Shown piece by piece: positions 21,393 to 32,803 of a stretch of 64,000 bases of DNA. The position numbers and the translations under genes were made by a program. Origin of the DNA: Meyerozyma guilliermondii (Eukaryota); contig CP128816.1 in assembly GCA_051546255.1 (NCBI GenBank), positions 1,054,001-1,118,000 of the forward strand, given 5' to 3'. The notes below the pieces were generated by a model. It did not search any database. It saw nothing but the letters and a program-made list of their open reading frames with translations, and was not told where the DNA came from. Each line of letters opens with the position of its first letter. The stretch's first letter is position 1.

Positions 21393-24300
21393 CTATTGTG
21401 CAAGTTGTGATCGTAATATGAACTCTGGCTCCTCAGTTTCCAGAAAGGGATTGTGAGGATACTTTGGATTGAATACAAATTGGTCGGCATTAGGTCCACT
21501 GAGCTCAGGAATGGTAATCTTTGCCAGCATCCCATTGGACAACCACCATTTAGTGGTATCACTGCTAGGAGGTGGTAGCACTTTGTCGTCCGCTTCCGAG
21601 ATCAAGAATGATAAATTTGTGTTTGTAACAATCATATCATTAATATCACCGTAGTTTTTGCGGTAATTCTCGTAGAGTTCATGAGTCAAGTTCTTCTTCA
21701 CTGTCTCGTTGACCACACTTATTGATACAGTGAGAGTAGCGTACACTGGCCTATGGTCGGAAAACTTTATCTCATCACTGCAATCGTACAAGTGCTGCTT
21801 GATAATTTTTTTTCTCGAGAGACTCAAGATACGGTCAGTCCAGGCAGGAATACGCTGCTTTTCAGAAGTGTCGTAGGTGCTGGTTCCGTTGTCGAATTTG
21901 TAGGTCGGTTTGAACCGCAACTCCATCTCGTCAAAGTAGGGGAAACTCTCACCACTCGCCATTTGTTGGTTCAACTGATCATACTCAAAGAGCCTTGGGA
22001 AGTCTTTCTTTTCGACCAAAGCATGAACTTGCTCTAGTGGTAAGTTAATCCGGTAGTTAAAGTCGCCTAGCCAGATGACAGCATCGTGATCTTTGATTCT
22101 TCTATTTTTGGAAAACTTGATTCCCTTTCCAATCGTTTTGAAGTTCTGATGTCGTTCGATTGTATTTCCGTGTCCAGCTGCAAAGTGAGATGCAACCAAA
22201 CAAAGACCAGTATTGGAATAGTTGAATCTCACTGCCACAGCACCTTTGTTAGCACTAACACCACCAAAGCCGGTTTTTTTAAACGATCCTTCTACATCGT
22301 GTATCTCTTTGAGTTCCAGTTGCTTGACAAAGAGAAACAAAGCAATACCTCCCAACTGGCCACTCCATAGAAGAATGTATCTTGATTGAGTCGTATTGTT
22401 AGCTTCGAGGCAAACCCTCAAGTGCATTTCCCACATTTGCCTTCTGAGTGAATCCGTATCAACCATCTGTGACGCTGTCAACTCAACGATTTCCTGCAAC
22501 CCAATGAACACAAGATCATAGTCACCAGAGCTCCCAGGAGGAAACAACCAGCTTTTGAACTTATCTTGATCTTCACATGAGGCATTGACATTGAAAGTAC
22601 TTGCAAACACCAGTATATCTCGTTGAGATGTAAATTCCTTTTCTCGACGATCAAGTTCCTTAGTAACATAATCATGCAAAGGGTTATGAAGGGAGACACT
22701 GACCTGATCCTGCAACGCTCCCAAGAGCTTCAAGATAGCCATTTCTCCTGGTTTGTGGTCCAGTACAGTGTGCAAATATCTCTTCTTCAATTGGGATGGA
22801 ACGATTCCTTTTGAGGCTGCACTGGAAGAGTGAAGCTTATCGGTATAAGAAACAAAGTTGATAGTAATATTCCGAAGATACTCATCAGTCTCAGCCCACA
22901 ACCTGGCGTGCTTAGAGAGTAAATCATGGCCAGCATCAATTCCCAAATCTCGCATTGCAAGTTCAATAACTTCTTGACTTATGATCTTGCATAAAAAGCT
23001 TGCTTTGCTCAAACTATCGAAAGAATTGACCCTAAAGACCCCGAGCTGCTTTCCGACGTAGGTTCGTGAGTCAATGTCGTAAAAAAGTGCACCGAAATTC
23101 AACACCAACTTGGCTATGGACTGCGAATATTCATGAGGATTGACAGCGGTATAGTCTGCTTTCTTCATTGATGAGGTAGCAACAGGAATATCGGTATAGC
23201 CTAGCTTATAGTTCGTTGCAGTTTGTGGGTCATTACCTCTATGTTCCAAAAAGTAGTTGATATGTTCTTTGAAGGTGATGTTGAGTTTTCCTTTGTAGGT
23301 CTTTGTATCTTGGGAGAGGGAGTTTAAAATGTGGATGTCACCATACTGGTTAGACAACAAGTCGAGGTGTTTGGTAAACGCAACCTGAGACGCTTCGAAA
23401 GATCGTGGAAAGACCACTTTCTTGTTCTTTTTAGCTGCTAGAGTTCTCTTTGAAATATGAGTCTCGAGCGACCAAAGGATTGGCACATTTCCACGGACCA
23501 TTATATATGTTAAACAGAATTTGGATCCGAAAAGAACCAATTCTGACTCAACGAAATTCGATACATGTCCGTTATCATCGCTACCCCAATCACCAAATAG
23601 AGGCCCATTCTTTGCGCAAGCTTGTTTTGATATCAACGTGAGCAAGACCTCTTCACCGTTGCCCAAAGTAGAGTTGACAGTCTTAGCATAACCTCTGGTG
23701 ATAGTAACGAGAAAGCCACTGGAATCGAAGCATATCTGTTCATATGGTGTCAACCGTCCCCTGAATTCTATAAGTTCTGATACAAGGAATGAGTTCCACA
23801 TGAACTGTCTTTGGTATGGCAGATCTCCCATTAGAGAGAATTTTGGCAGCTGCATATCTCGAAATCCTCTCTCTTGTATAGTAGACGTTACATCGAACTG
23901 ATGCGAGAAAAAGAACGATCCCAGGGATAATAGTTTACGCACAGAAGGCACCGGACCCTCTGCCAGCAGCAGTTTCTCATCGGTAGATTGCAGCTCAAAG
24001 TAATCATCCTCCAAGCCTGAAGACACCGGAGTATGAAACAGTTTCAGAAATTGCCAGTCAAATTCGTCACTATTAAGACAGAATATTTCAACACCTGTGA
24101 TCTTTTGCACATCTTCATCGACTCGAGGCGTGGCTACTGTCACGGCACTGCTGACGAACACAAGATACAACTTGTCCTTTACGTTCAAGAGGCCCAAAAA
24201 CCCACTCAAGTTCTGTGCTCTGCCCTTGGCGATAGTCAAGTCCACATATTTTGACAAATTGAGCGAATCTTTTCTCACAAACTCAACAATGACTTTGCTA

Positions 24301-24461
24301 GATTTGCTCTTGGCCGAGTCCGAGGTGGGTTCTTGGTGATGGTGGTGATGCAAATGATGATGATGATATTTGTAGCGAGGATATGGGTGTCGCACTATTA
24401 GTGCATACTGGTCACTGACGAGTATAAAAGCTCGCGGGTACTCGTTGAGGTATAGTTTCAT
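21393..24461 (-). CDS. INP51: Synaptojanin-like PI(4,5)P2 5-phosphatase with degenerate Sac1 domain
   Basis: Sac1-like region with RVNSFDSLSK instead of an active CX5R motif; 5-phosphatase motifs WLGDFNYR, PAWTDRIL, SDHRPV. ATG at 24461. Confidence 0.9.
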   Translation of the reverse strand: MKLYLNEYPRAFILVSDQYALIVRHPYPRYKYHHHHLHHHHHQEPTSDSAKSKSSKVIVEFVRKDSLNLSKYVDLTIAKGRAQNLSGFLGLLNVKDKLYLVFVSSAVTVATPRVDEDVQKITGVEIFCLNSDEFDWQFLKLFHTPVSSGLEDDYFELQSTDEKLLLAEGPVPSVRKLLSLGSFFFSHQFDVTSTIQERGFRDMQLPKFSLMGDLPYQRQFMWNSFLVSELIEFRGRLTPYEQICFDSSGFLVTITRGYAKTVNSTLGNGEEVLLTLISKQACAKNGPLFGDWGSDDNGHVSNFVESELVLFGSKFCLTYIMVRGNVPILWSLETHISKRTLAAKKNKKVVFPRSFEASQVAFTKHLDLLSNQYGDIHILNSLSQDTKTYKGKLNITFKEHINYFLEHRGNDPQTATNYKLGYTDIPVATSSMKKADYTAVNPHEYSQSIAKLVLNFGALFYDIDSRTYVGKQLGVFRVNSFDSLSKASFLCKIISQEVIELAMRDLGIDAGHDLLSKHARLWAETDEYLRNITINFVSYTDKLHSSSAASKGIVPSQLKKRYLHTVLDHKPGEMAILKLLGALQDQVSVSLHNPLHDYVTKELDRREKEFTSQRDILVFASTFNVNASCEDQDKFKSWLFPPGSSGDYDLVFIGLQEIVELTASQMVDTDSLRRQMWEMHLRVCLEANNTTQSRYILLWSGQLGGIALFLFVKQLELKEIHDVEGSFKKTGFGGVSANKGAVAVRFNYSNTGLCLVASHFAAGHGNTIERHQNFKTIGKGIKFSKNRRIKDHDAVIWLGDFNYRINLPLEQVHALVEKKDFPRLFEYDQLNQQMASGESFPYFDEMELRFKPTYKFDNGTSTYDTSEKQRIPAWTDRILSLSRKKIIKQHLYDCSDEIKFSDHRPVYATLTVSISVVNETVKKNLTHELYENYRKNYGDINDMIVTNTNLSFLISEADDKVLPPPSSDTTKWWLSNGMLAKITIPELSGPNADQFVFNPKYPHNPFLETEEPEFILRSQLAQ

Positions 24462-24592
24462 GCAAAAAGCTGGGTTTGTATTGCTGGAGGTTGCAGCGAG
24501 CTGCGCCAGACATGGTGAGAGTTCGCAACTGATTGCACTGTGCAGGAACAAACATATGGCAAGGTAAGAAGTACTTAACTATGTATTTTGGA

Positions 24593-25309
24593 CTAATTAG
24601 CTTTCTTGGTCTTCTTTTGTCTCAAGTGGCCCTCAGGAAGCCAATCAGAGTCGACAGACTTGGCTGTGGCAACTGGGGGAGAAGCGCCTCTTTTAGGTTT
24701 GTTAACTAAGGCGGTGCCCTCGAAGTAACGTTTACCCCAGATATTATAGGCAACGTACCCAAGACCCGCAAAGGTGGCCAATAAGATGGCTTCCAAGAGA
24801 AGAAGTTGAGGGTCAAAGACGGAAATTGGCACATCTTTCACCTCCGTTCTTTGACCTCTGGCTTGCACCAATTTCAAGTCATTGTCAAAAGCAATGAAGA
24901 GCTGAGGCACCAAAATGTACTCCTCAGGAACGAGATTCAAGCTGACCTTGTGACTGAAAGATCCAGACTCACCTGGCGTCACTGTCACGGCTTCAATTGG
25001 CGACGCAGTCAAGTTCGATTTGATAGCACCAGTCTTGACATCATGGAATGCTCCACCCACTCCGACGATGCTAATGTCCTTGTCTTCGTTGTTCGTGAAG
25101 CTGTACGCGATGGTAAATTCTTCTCCGTTGTAAACCTCCGCTAAGTCACGAGGACCTACGTTGGGAAGGTGTGGAATCGAATAATCTACAGCAAATTGAA
25201 GAGTCACTGTTTGACTAGTGGTATCTTTGGACGCTTCAGGGTCTGCAGCAAACGCTCCAGCAACAAAAGCGCCGAGAAATGTGGCCACATATGGCAAGGA
25301 AAACTTCAT
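24593..25309 (-). CDS. IRC22: Irc22 / TRAP-alpha-like ER membrane protein
   Basis: Signal peptide MKFSLP..., SIVGVGGAF, SVFDPQLLLL plus transmembrane segment, DWLPEGHL and a basic tail. ATG at 25309. Confidence 0.85.
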   Translation of the reverse strand: MKFSLPYVATFLGAFVAGAFAADPEASKDTTSQTVTLQFAVDYSIPHLPNVGPRDLAEVYNGEEFTIAYSFTNNEDKDISIVGVGGAFHDVKTGAIKSNLTASPIEAVTVTPGESGSFSHKVSLNLVPEEYILVPQLFIAFDNDLKLVQARGQRTEVKDVPISVFDPQLLLLEAILLATFAGLGYVAYNIWGKRYFEGTALVNKPKRGASPPVATAKSVDSDWLPEGHLRQKKTKKAN

Positions 25310-25438
25310 GCTGGGTACTAATTGAGTGAAGGATACGTCCACGTCGGTGAGAATCGACACACATCACGCGCGCACACACACGTGATCCAGCACGCGATCC
25401 ATCGCGCCAGTTCTGTGCTGTATCGAACCACAGCGTTC

Positions 25439-27385
25439 ATGATACGACGATTGGGCAATGGGTTCATACCACATCTGCGTGCCTATGCGACATACAGACG
25501 AAGCAACACGTATGTGAAAAATGGTCTGGTTGAAAAGCAAGACCACACTGACGATTTCCGTCTCTTACGACCAAATACAAACGACCACATCCACCAGTTG
25601 GATCCGAAACAAGTACGACGGCTCGAGAATAAAGTGAAAGCCGATGCTCAGAAGCTCAGTACTAGTATAAGTTTGCTGAAAAGCTATCTCAAGCAACGGG
25701 AGGCACTTGTGGACCACTTTTTGCTGGTTGAATCTGTGGATGGGTTTCTTGAAAATCTATTGCATCGCAATGATGAAAGTATACTGCCAGAATTGGGTCA
25801 AGTGCTCACTGATATCGCTGACCCGCAATATGATTCGGAAATTGCAAATTCCATCACGCTACTTTCTGCACTTTTTATAAACACTTTCTTGGTGGAACTC
25901 AATGCCGCTTATGCATTGAGCGGAAAGACTCCCGCAAATTTCGAGCTGGATTCTTTTCTCTTGCGTCCACAACTATTCAACTGTATCAAAGACGAACCTA
26001 AAAGGCTTGAAATAATGAAGATCTTGGCACTGATGTATCTTGGCGACGAAAAAAACCCATCGTTTCTTCTGTTCATTTCCCAACTTGACGAGCCGACTAT
26101 TTCCAGCATTTGTTCTTCCATGCCATCTTCCGATGACTTTTTCTCGCTCGAACACTACCGATATCATTTCTTGCACTACAAATCCAGCCAAAGTTTGAAC
26201 TACGATCATTCGGACACTATAAGAGCGATCCAGTCCATATCGAGACCTCGCTTCACTACGCCCAACACAGACAGCAGCAGATACATGATAGGCTTCTCCA
26301 ACGCATTCGACACATATTACAACTCCTCAGAATCTTACGCAGGCCGAATGAATCTTGTTTTGAGCATTACCAAAGTACTCCTTTCAACGGCTGGACCCGC
26401 TCCAAACCATAGTATCTTTCGGTATTTGATAGATGAGCTTGGAAATGCTAATCTACTTAATTACCAATCGTTGGTATTCAACTCCATACCAGGGTATGAA
26501 CACAAGAAAACCATGTTGGGCTCAAGCACCGAATCCATCATAGCGCCAAGAGCAGCTCTTCATTACAAAAGAGCAATAGAGGATGATCCTGATATACTTG
26601 GTTCCCTCATGCTCTATCTTTCAAGGCGGGCATCTAACAATTCGCTTGAGCAATTTCTATCGTTTTATCGACTTAATGAGGTTGTCAAGCATGAGCGAGT
26701 GCTCGACAATTCCAACTTTTCGAGCCTAGTCAGCAAATCACGGTTCACGAGAAATCGTGACATAGATCTTCACTCCGTTGTGTTTGATACAGACATGCCA
26801 ATCATTGCGTCCGTGGACCTGGTATACAATGCCATTGCTTGTTGCATTGAACTCGGGCAATTCCAGTACATCGATCCATTATTCAACAAAATGATCGTCC
26901 ACACAGTTGATTTGGGTGGTGAGGTGCATGTAGCGCTCAGCTTGGGGAATCAAAAAGACTTAACAAATAGTGAGTTCTCTCTCTTGTTGGCTCAAAACTT
27001 GACGTTTGCAGAAATGGCAGACAAGCTTTTCACCAAAAAGTTATTAATTCTTCTTTTGAAAGCAAGCAGGCTTTCGGACGACGTGGGACGAATGATGTGG
27101 CTTACTCCTCATTTGGACGCTTACCTCACCAAGCACTTTGAGTCTAGTAGTCAACATATTGACGAGATCAAGAAATTTGCGTCTGAAGATTCTGTATCAG
27201 AAGCATACGCTGCTGAATTCTGGGAACAGGACTCGCAGGCTTTAATCGATACCTCTCTCATAACAGAAATTGAATTAGCACTCACAGCGCTTAGTCTAGA
27301 TGGCAAGAAACTCGCATACAGCAAGTTTCTTGACTTTTCTCGAACGGCTGGACTCACCCCAAAAAGCAAGAAAAGAGAGAGCTAA
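25439..27385 (+). CDS. Probable mitochondrial helical-repeat (PPR-like) protein, function unknown
   Basis: Long ORF; presequence-like MIRRLG...LRAYATYRR; PPR-like segments PNHSIFRYLIDELG and YNAIACCIELGQFQYIDPLFNKM. Confidence 0.6.
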   Translation: MIRRLGNGFIPHLRAYATYRRSNTYVKNGLVEKQDHTDDFRLLRPNTNDHIHQLDPKQVRRLENKVKADAQKLSTSISLLKSYLKQREALVDHFLLVESVDGFLENLLHRNDESILPELGQVLTDIADPQYDSEIANSITLLSALFINTFLVELNAAYALSGKTPANFELDSFLLRPQLFNCIKDEPKRLEIMKILALMYLGDEKNPSFLLFISQLDEPTISSICSSMPSSDDFFSLEHYRYHFLHYKSSQSLNYDHSDTIRAIQSISRPRFTTPNTDSSRYMIGFSNAFDTYYNSSESYAGRMNLVLSITKVLLSTAGPAPNHSIFRYLIDELGNANLLNYQSLVFNSIPGYEHKKTMLGSSTESIIAPRAALHYKRAIEDDPDILGSLMLYLSRRASNNSLEQFLSFYRLNEVVKHERVLDNSNFSSLVSKSRFTRNRDIDLHSVVFDTDMPIIASVDLVYNAIACCIELGQFQYIDPLFNKMIVHTVDLGGEVHVALSLGNQKDLTNSEFSLLLAQNLTFAEMADKLFTKKLLILLLKASRLSDDVGRMMWLTPHLDAYLTKHFESSSQHIDEIKKFASEDSVSEAYAAEFWEQDSQALIDTSLITEIELALTALSLDGKKLAYSKFLDFSRTAGLTPKSKKRES

Positions 27386-27949
27386 TCTTATTTCTTCTTG
27401 AGCTTAAGAGGACTTGACGTTATGACTAACAAAACCTTGTATATAGTTTAATATAGCAGCAAATGGCTATTTGAAAACTTAGAGGTATAATCTGGTAAAA
27501 TTGGCTGCAAATTTAAGCGATAGACTTTTATGATGAAACACCGGGAATCCCCAAGTGGTAACGAGGCAGGTTATTCTACTTATACGGAGAAGATAGTGAA
27601 GTATAAAAGAATAGAATCTTATGTGGCAATCCAAACTTTTACGCATGAAACGAAATCAAACAGTTTGTATGCCGAGAGCATTTTCTTCAGTCGCAAAGTC
27701 ACGACGACCAATTACATTTTTTTTTTCAAAAACCACGCAATTTCTCGCAAAATCACATTGCAGACTCATAATTCATCGAGATAGACGCTGGTTCCTTTCA
27801 GTTACATGAAGTTGGCACAAATCAAATTAGGTCTTCGGTGTCCTAGGTAAACGCCTGTATACAACCAGGAAAGTTTGTCACGTGCAGGCATCGCATCAAC
27901 CAAAGACTTCTGAACCACCGCCAACTAGATAATATCTCCATAGCATAGC

Positions 27950-28342
27950 ATGAAGTTCATTACAACCAACTTTGTCAAGTGCGCTATCAAAAGCTGTGAC
28001 TCTTCAGATAAATCATTTCCCTTACAATACAGCGAGTGTCAGCTAGTGCAAGAAGAGCAGGATTTCAATGGAGAGTTCATAGCATCAATGTTGGAACGAC
28101 TTGACTGGCCAGCGGTTCTCAAGGTTGCTAGTGACTTGGGTAACACCTCCTTGCCTCAAAATAAGCCCGAGGGTATAGACCCAATCATGGAAGATGACCA
28201 GGCCATATTGAAAGACTTGCATACCTTGTTAGTGGAGACACAAATAGTCGAAGGAAAAATGACATGTGGAAACTGTGGACACATATACTATATCAAGAAC
28301 TCCATTCCCAACTTTTTACTTCCCCCACACCTTTGCCAGTAA
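27950..28342 (+). CDS. TRM112: Methyltransferase activator Trm112
   Basis: MKFITTNFVKC..KSC, FPL, LHTLLVETQIVEGKMTCGNCGHIYYIKNSIPNFLLP. Confidence 0.96.
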   Translation: MKFITTNFVKCAIKSCDSSDKSFPLQYSECQLVQEEQDFNGEFIASMLERLDWPAVLKVASDLGNTSLPQNKPEGIDPIMEDDQAILKDLHTLLVETQIVEGKMTCGNCGHIYYIKNSIPNFLLPPHLCQ

Positions 28343-29128
28343 CTGTAATATAGCATGAATGTACGCCATTGAGCACAACACCTTAAATTGAGATCGAAAC
28401 AAAACTAAATTGAGATTGAAGTTTAATTTCAAATAATTGCAATTGCAGGGTTTACAATGATAAAGTACCAGATTACAAGACCCTATTTGAACATACCATT
28501 TTGCAAAGACTTTGATATCTGCTATTATTTTTATTATTCTTTCCTGCTATTTTGTTGGTTCAATCCGCATAATACGAGAAGGTGCGGCGTCGAGGCGGAG
28601 GGTCCATTTTTGCAATCATCTTATAATATGAAACCATCAAAGTAATCTCATCTTAAATCACTAGATTAGATAAACATCACATAGAATTATCACTATTTTC
28701 CCCCACTTTGCATTTTCAATTCAACTTCGATGTTCCCCCACCTGGCCAGGGCCGCATTGCGCTGCCTGCAGGCCCAAATTGTTGACTTTCGCAACTAGGC
28801 AGCAGCTAACTGCGACTCCAACGAAACTGCTTCTTGTTGCTTTTCCAAAACCATTCCACACTTTGGCTTCGAAACCCACAACTACACTTTTATTGCATCA
28901 ACAGATCGTTTGGTAAGCTTGGAGCTCTTAAATCAAGGCACAAGATCCCGTGCTAAACTTCGTCGGCACCCTCCGAATACCTGTTCTTATTTCTAGCTGA
29001 ATTCATAGCTACGGCATATCCACTTTTTGCATCGAGTTCCATGTATTCATACCTGGCTCACAAAGATTGATATTGGTTCAAAAGTTTAAAAGCATCCTTG
29101 CAAATTTCTGACCTCCTTATTATCCAAC

Positions 29129-31414
29129 ATGGTCAATTTACCTACCTCACTTTTCGCCAACGAAGACTCACCTAAAGCCAACGGCGAGCTGAGGTTTCAC
29201 TCTTCCAGCGCCACAAACTCATCGGCGCTGACCCCAAGAACTCGTTCAATCAGTATTTCGAAGATGTTCTTCAATAAAGATCAAAATTCCGACCATGAGC
29301 AAATGAACCACGAGGACCCACAGGGAAGGTCTAAACTAAAGATGTTTTTCAGAATCCCTCCGGCCTCAACTTCAAACTCTTCTGGACGCTCAGATGAATC
29401 CGGCTCCTCCAAAACTGGCCACAATGGCAATAGTCCTCGAATGTCGCCGTCTCCACAACTGTCGTCTTCTCAACATCGTCAAGAAGCGACTTCCGATATG
29501 ATGAAACGATTTGCACTAGGAAGAAAGAGATCTGTTTCGCACCCACCATCTCTGGCAGACCCAGGTAGTGACCAAGACCTCTCCAACGCCTCTCCATCAC
29601 AACCCCGGATCATCATTAACGAAGGACGAACAAATGACCAGTCTGCGGGAGAATCCGGTAGTCCTATTGTATCGTCAAATCCGTACTTTACGCACCAAGG
29701 ACTTCCCCCACATTTAAAGGTCAATAACGACTATAACAACTTGAATGCATTAGATGAAAAACAAGACGATGTTTCTGTATCGTTGAGACACAACGACTCG
29801 GTCATCGACCTTGGAGACAATAAAATACTTCCTCCGCCACAGACACATCATTCTACCGCTCATACAAAGTCTCATTTCAACTACGAAGACTCCAATGATT
29901 CTCAATATACCGACGAAGTATTTCAATCGCCTGAAAAGAAGTCTTCAAAAAATGATGGAAATAGGTCCAGATCAAGCACCAAAGTCAGGGACTCGCTCGT
30001 TCCTCCAGTTTCTCCGTTTCAAAGAACTTTGCGGCGGGTTGCATCTGCTCCTTTGGTGAATCGACTTTTGAACGAACCGTCCACTAGAGCTCCAAATTCG
30101 GAAGCACTTCCCAATAAGGAGAAGCAATTCGATATCAATGACCATATCGGTGAACTCAATATCCTGGGACGGCCCAGAACATTGACCCAAGGACGGGTAT
30201 ATTCTCACGCGGCAACTAAGGTCTTGGATGTGACTGTAGACCAGAGTTGTTTTGAAAAAATTCGATTACTTGGAAAAGGAGATGTTGGTAAAGTATTTTT
30301 GGTGAAGGAGAAAGCATCAAAAAGACTTTATGCAATGAAGGTTCTTTCTAAGAAGGAAATGATTGAGCGCAATAAGATCAAGCGAGCACTAGCAGAGCAG
30401 GAGATTCTCGCTACCAGCAATCATCCATTCATTGTTACTTTATACCATTCTTTCCAATCCAAGGACCACTTGTTCTTGTGTATGGAATATTGTATGGGAG
30501 GAGAATTTTTCAGAGCCCTTCAAACGAGAGAGTCCAAGTGTATTTCCGAGCATGATGCCAAGTTTTATGCTGCCGAAGTAACTGCAGCATTGGAATATCT
30601 CCATCTTATGGGCTTCATTTATCGAGACCTTAAACCGGAAAACATCCTTCTTCATCAATCGGGTCACATTATGTTAAGTGATTTTGATTTGTCAAAGCAA
30701 TCCGAGAGTACAAAAAACCCCGAGATATTTTTCTCCAAAGCAGCTCTCAACAGCAGTAATGGGCCAACATTGGATACAAAAGCCTGTATTGATGGATTTC
30801 GAACTAATTCTTTCGTTGGTACTGAAGAGTATATTGCTCCTGAAGTCATTAGAGGTAAGGGACACACAGGTGCAGTGGACTGGTGGACACTTGGTATCTT
30901 CATGTATGAAATGCTCTTTGGTACGACGCCATTTAAAGGTAGAGACAGGAAGAAAACCTTTGCCAATGTACTTAAGAAAGATGTCAAGTTTTTGGACACA
31001 CAACCAATTTCCTCTAATTGCAAAAGCTTGATTAAGAAACTTTTGATCAAAGATGAAGCGAAACGGTTGGGCTCTAAAACAGGGGCATCAGATATTAAGA
31101 ACCATTCATTTTTCAAAAACACTCAATGGGCGCTTTTGAGACACCAACAACCACCAATGATTCCCGTTTTGACAAGATCAAAGAAAGCGGAGGCATTGGA
31201 TAGTAGTGATCTAGATGACGAGAGTACATCGTCCCCACCTCTCAAGAAAAATCATTTGGGAGAAGAAGATCCCTTTGCCCATTTCAGTTCAGTTACTCTT
31301 CATTATAATGATGTTGGAGATAGTGACGACCAACTTTATACTGACGACAGTACCTACACGGGCATCTCTTACACGATCACAAACAGTGAGTCCAAGCCCA
31401 AGCGGAAGCGGTAA
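29129..31414 (+). CDS. FPK1: Flippase kinase Fpk1/Kin82 (AGC Ser/Thr kinase)
   Basis: [52 protein letters not shown]. Confidence 0.92.
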   Translation: MVNLPTSLFANEDSPKANGELRFHSSSATNSSALTPRTRSISISKMFFNKDQNSDHEQMNHEDPQGRSKLKMFFRIPPASTSNSSGRSDESGSSKTGHNGNSPRMSPSPQLSSSQHRQEATSDMMKRFALGRKRSVSHPPSLADPGSDQDLSNASPSQPRIIINEGRTNDQSAGESGSPIVSSNPYFTHQGLPPHLKVNNDYNNLNALDEKQDDVSVSLRHNDSVIDLGDNKILPPPQTHHSTAHTKSHFNYEDSNDSQYTDEVFQSPEKKSSKNDGNRSRSSTKVRDSLVPPVSPFQRTLRRVASAPLVNRLLNEPSTRAPNSEALPNKEKQFDINDHIGELNILGRPRTLTQGRVYSHAATKVLDVTVDQSCFEKIRLLGKGDVGKVFLVKEKASKRLYAMKVLSKKEMIERNKIKRALAEQEILATSNHPFIVTLYHSFQSKDHLFLCMEYCMGGEFFRALQTRESKCISEHDAKFYAAEVTAALEYLHLMGFIYRDLKPENILLHQSGHIMLSDFDLSKQSESTKNPEIFFSKAALNSSNGPTLDTKACIDGFRTNSFVGTEEYIAPEVIRGKGHTGAVDWWTLGIFMYEMLFGTTPFKGRDRKKTFANVLKKDVKFLDTQPISSNCKSLIKKLLIKDEAKRLGSKTGASDIKNHSFFKNTQWALLRHQQPPMIPVLTRSKKAEALDSSDLDDESTSSPPLKKNHLGEEDPFAHFSSVTLHYNDVGDSDDQLYTDDSTYTGISYTITNSESKPKRKR

Positions 31415-31539
31415 AAAGCTACGTGAAAGTTATAGACCATTGATGCTTCTATTGGAGCAACTATATAAACTCATAAAATGAAATGCACTGATTTTCGAAA
31501 GAACCCAAAACGCTAATATACAAGGATGACGGAAGACGC

Positions 31540-32430
31540 TTAGCACGAGACCAAGTCAATCACGCTCAAGTGAACTGCAGAGCACTGAGCAGCGACGTTC
31601 TGATCGTACAAGTTGTAGAAGTCACCCGACAAACATTGGTAGAAAACGTCTTGATCACCCAAGGCAAGGTTACCGTCGGAAGTGATAGACCATCCAGCAG
31701 CGTAAATAGAACCAGCTTGAGGTGGAGGACCATCAAATTGGAATTGTCTGTTAGCAACGATAGCACCAATTCTTCCCTTGGAGTCAGTCAAAATAGAACC
31801 GTTCAAGTTCATGGACAAGGAGTTGTCAGTAAGACAAGCCGTTGGGACACCTTCGTCGTCGTCACCAGATGGAGTAGCAGTACCAGTAGGAGCTTGAACT
31901 TGACCATCACCGATTTGAGAAGCACCAGAAACAGTTTGGTGTTGAATTTGACCATCACCGATTTGGTTAACGACAGAAGCAGTTTGGTGTTGAATTTGTC
32001 CGTCTCCAATCTGGTTGACAACGGAAGCAGTTTGGTGTTGAATTTGACCATCTCCAATTTGGTTAATCACTTTAGCAGTGGTAGCAGTTTGGTGTTGGAT
32101 TTGGCCGTCTCCGATTTGATTGATAACCTTAGCAGTGGTGGTTGGAGTAGGAGTAGACAAGGTGACGCTGGTTTGCTTTTGGATTTGACCATCACCAATC
32201 TGGTTAACGGCATCTCTCTTGGCAGCAGTGGTGGTGGCTGGAGCAGAAGAAGCAGCACTAGAAGCTCCAGAAACTGTAACGATTTGAATTCCAAATTTGT
32301 GAGTGTGGTCAGTCGAGGCACCAGTTGGAGCAGGAGCTGAAGGAGTCAAGTCGGTCCATGGGTCAGATGGGACGTAGGCGGCATAGGCAGTGCCGGCCAA
32401 GGCAATGGAAGCAAAGGTAGAGTACTTCAT
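31540..32430 (-). CDS. PIR-family cell wall protein
   Basis: Signal peptide, Kex2 KR site, six QIGDGQ(I/V)Q repeats, C-terminal four-Cys domain with [13 protein letters not shown]. Confidence 0.95.
   Translation of the reverse strand: MKYSTFASIALAGTAYAAYVPSDPWTDLTPSAPAPTGASTDHTHKFGIQIVTVSGASSAASSAPATTTAAKRDAVNQIGDGQIQKQTSVTLSTPTPTTTAKVINQIGDGQIQHQTATTAKVINQIGDGQIQHQTASVVNQIGDGQIQHQTASVVNQIGDGQIQHQTVSGASQIGDGQVQAPTGTATPSGDDDEGVPTACLTDNSLSMNLNGSILTDSKGRIGAIVANRQFQFDGPPPQAGSIYAAGWSITSDGNLALGDQDVFYQCLSGDFYNLYDQNVAAQCSAVHLSVIDLVSC
31892..32212 (-). repeat. Six internal PIR repeats (coding tandem repeat)
   Basis: Repeated units encoding (N/S)QIGDGQ(I/V)Q; boundaries approximate. Confidence 0.85.
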
Positions 32431-32568
32431 TTTTTCTTGATTTGTTCAGTTAGTTTGAATCAATTACAGTTCCTGATCTGGAATAATGTTCCTGGGGAGA
32501 TCAACCACCTTTTATAGCCTGAAGATTCCATGCAAGGTACACAGCCATTATGTCAAATCATGACTTGA

Positions 32569-32803
32569 TGCTGGCTGAATCAGGTATAAGAATGCGGAGT
32601 AGATGTAAAAGTTGCGCAACAATGCACGTCATGTCAACAAAAGGGGTTCCTATCCCCATACATTAATTATGACAGTTGCTGGCACATTGACGGCATCGCT
32701 GGCTCAATGCATGTTTGTGCATATATGCTGGCTGCGAATCGGCACAATGCTGGTCGGACTGCATACAATCCGATGGCTGGTAGCTGCCATCACACCAACC
32801 AGC
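32569..32803. promoter_or_regulatory. Cluster of seven Ace2/Swi5-type CCAGC cores in the PIR promoter
   Basis: GCTGG/CCAGC at 32570, 32678, 32698, 32727, 32749, 32776 and 32799. Confidence 0.6.

Noticed and set aside
25322..25438. N-terminal extensions from TTG/GTG starts in the ORF track (also RAD57, INP51, IRC22, UBX4, ICP55, KRE6)
   Set aside because: Prokaryote-style start calling; conserved N-termini or targeting signals begin at downstream ATGs
27530..27784. ATGATGA box-C-like motif and 84-aa ORF upstream of TRM112
   Set aside because: No matching CTGA box D or terminal stem seen; the ORF has no recognisable features
28384..28420. 15-nt direct repeat TAAATTGAGAT(C/T)GAA after TRM112
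   Set aside because: Only two copies in AT-rich terminator DNA; probably a local duplication
31570..32340. 256-aa ORF antisense to the PIR gene
   Set aside because: Shadow of a strongly codon-biased repetitive gene; non-ATG start and no independent features
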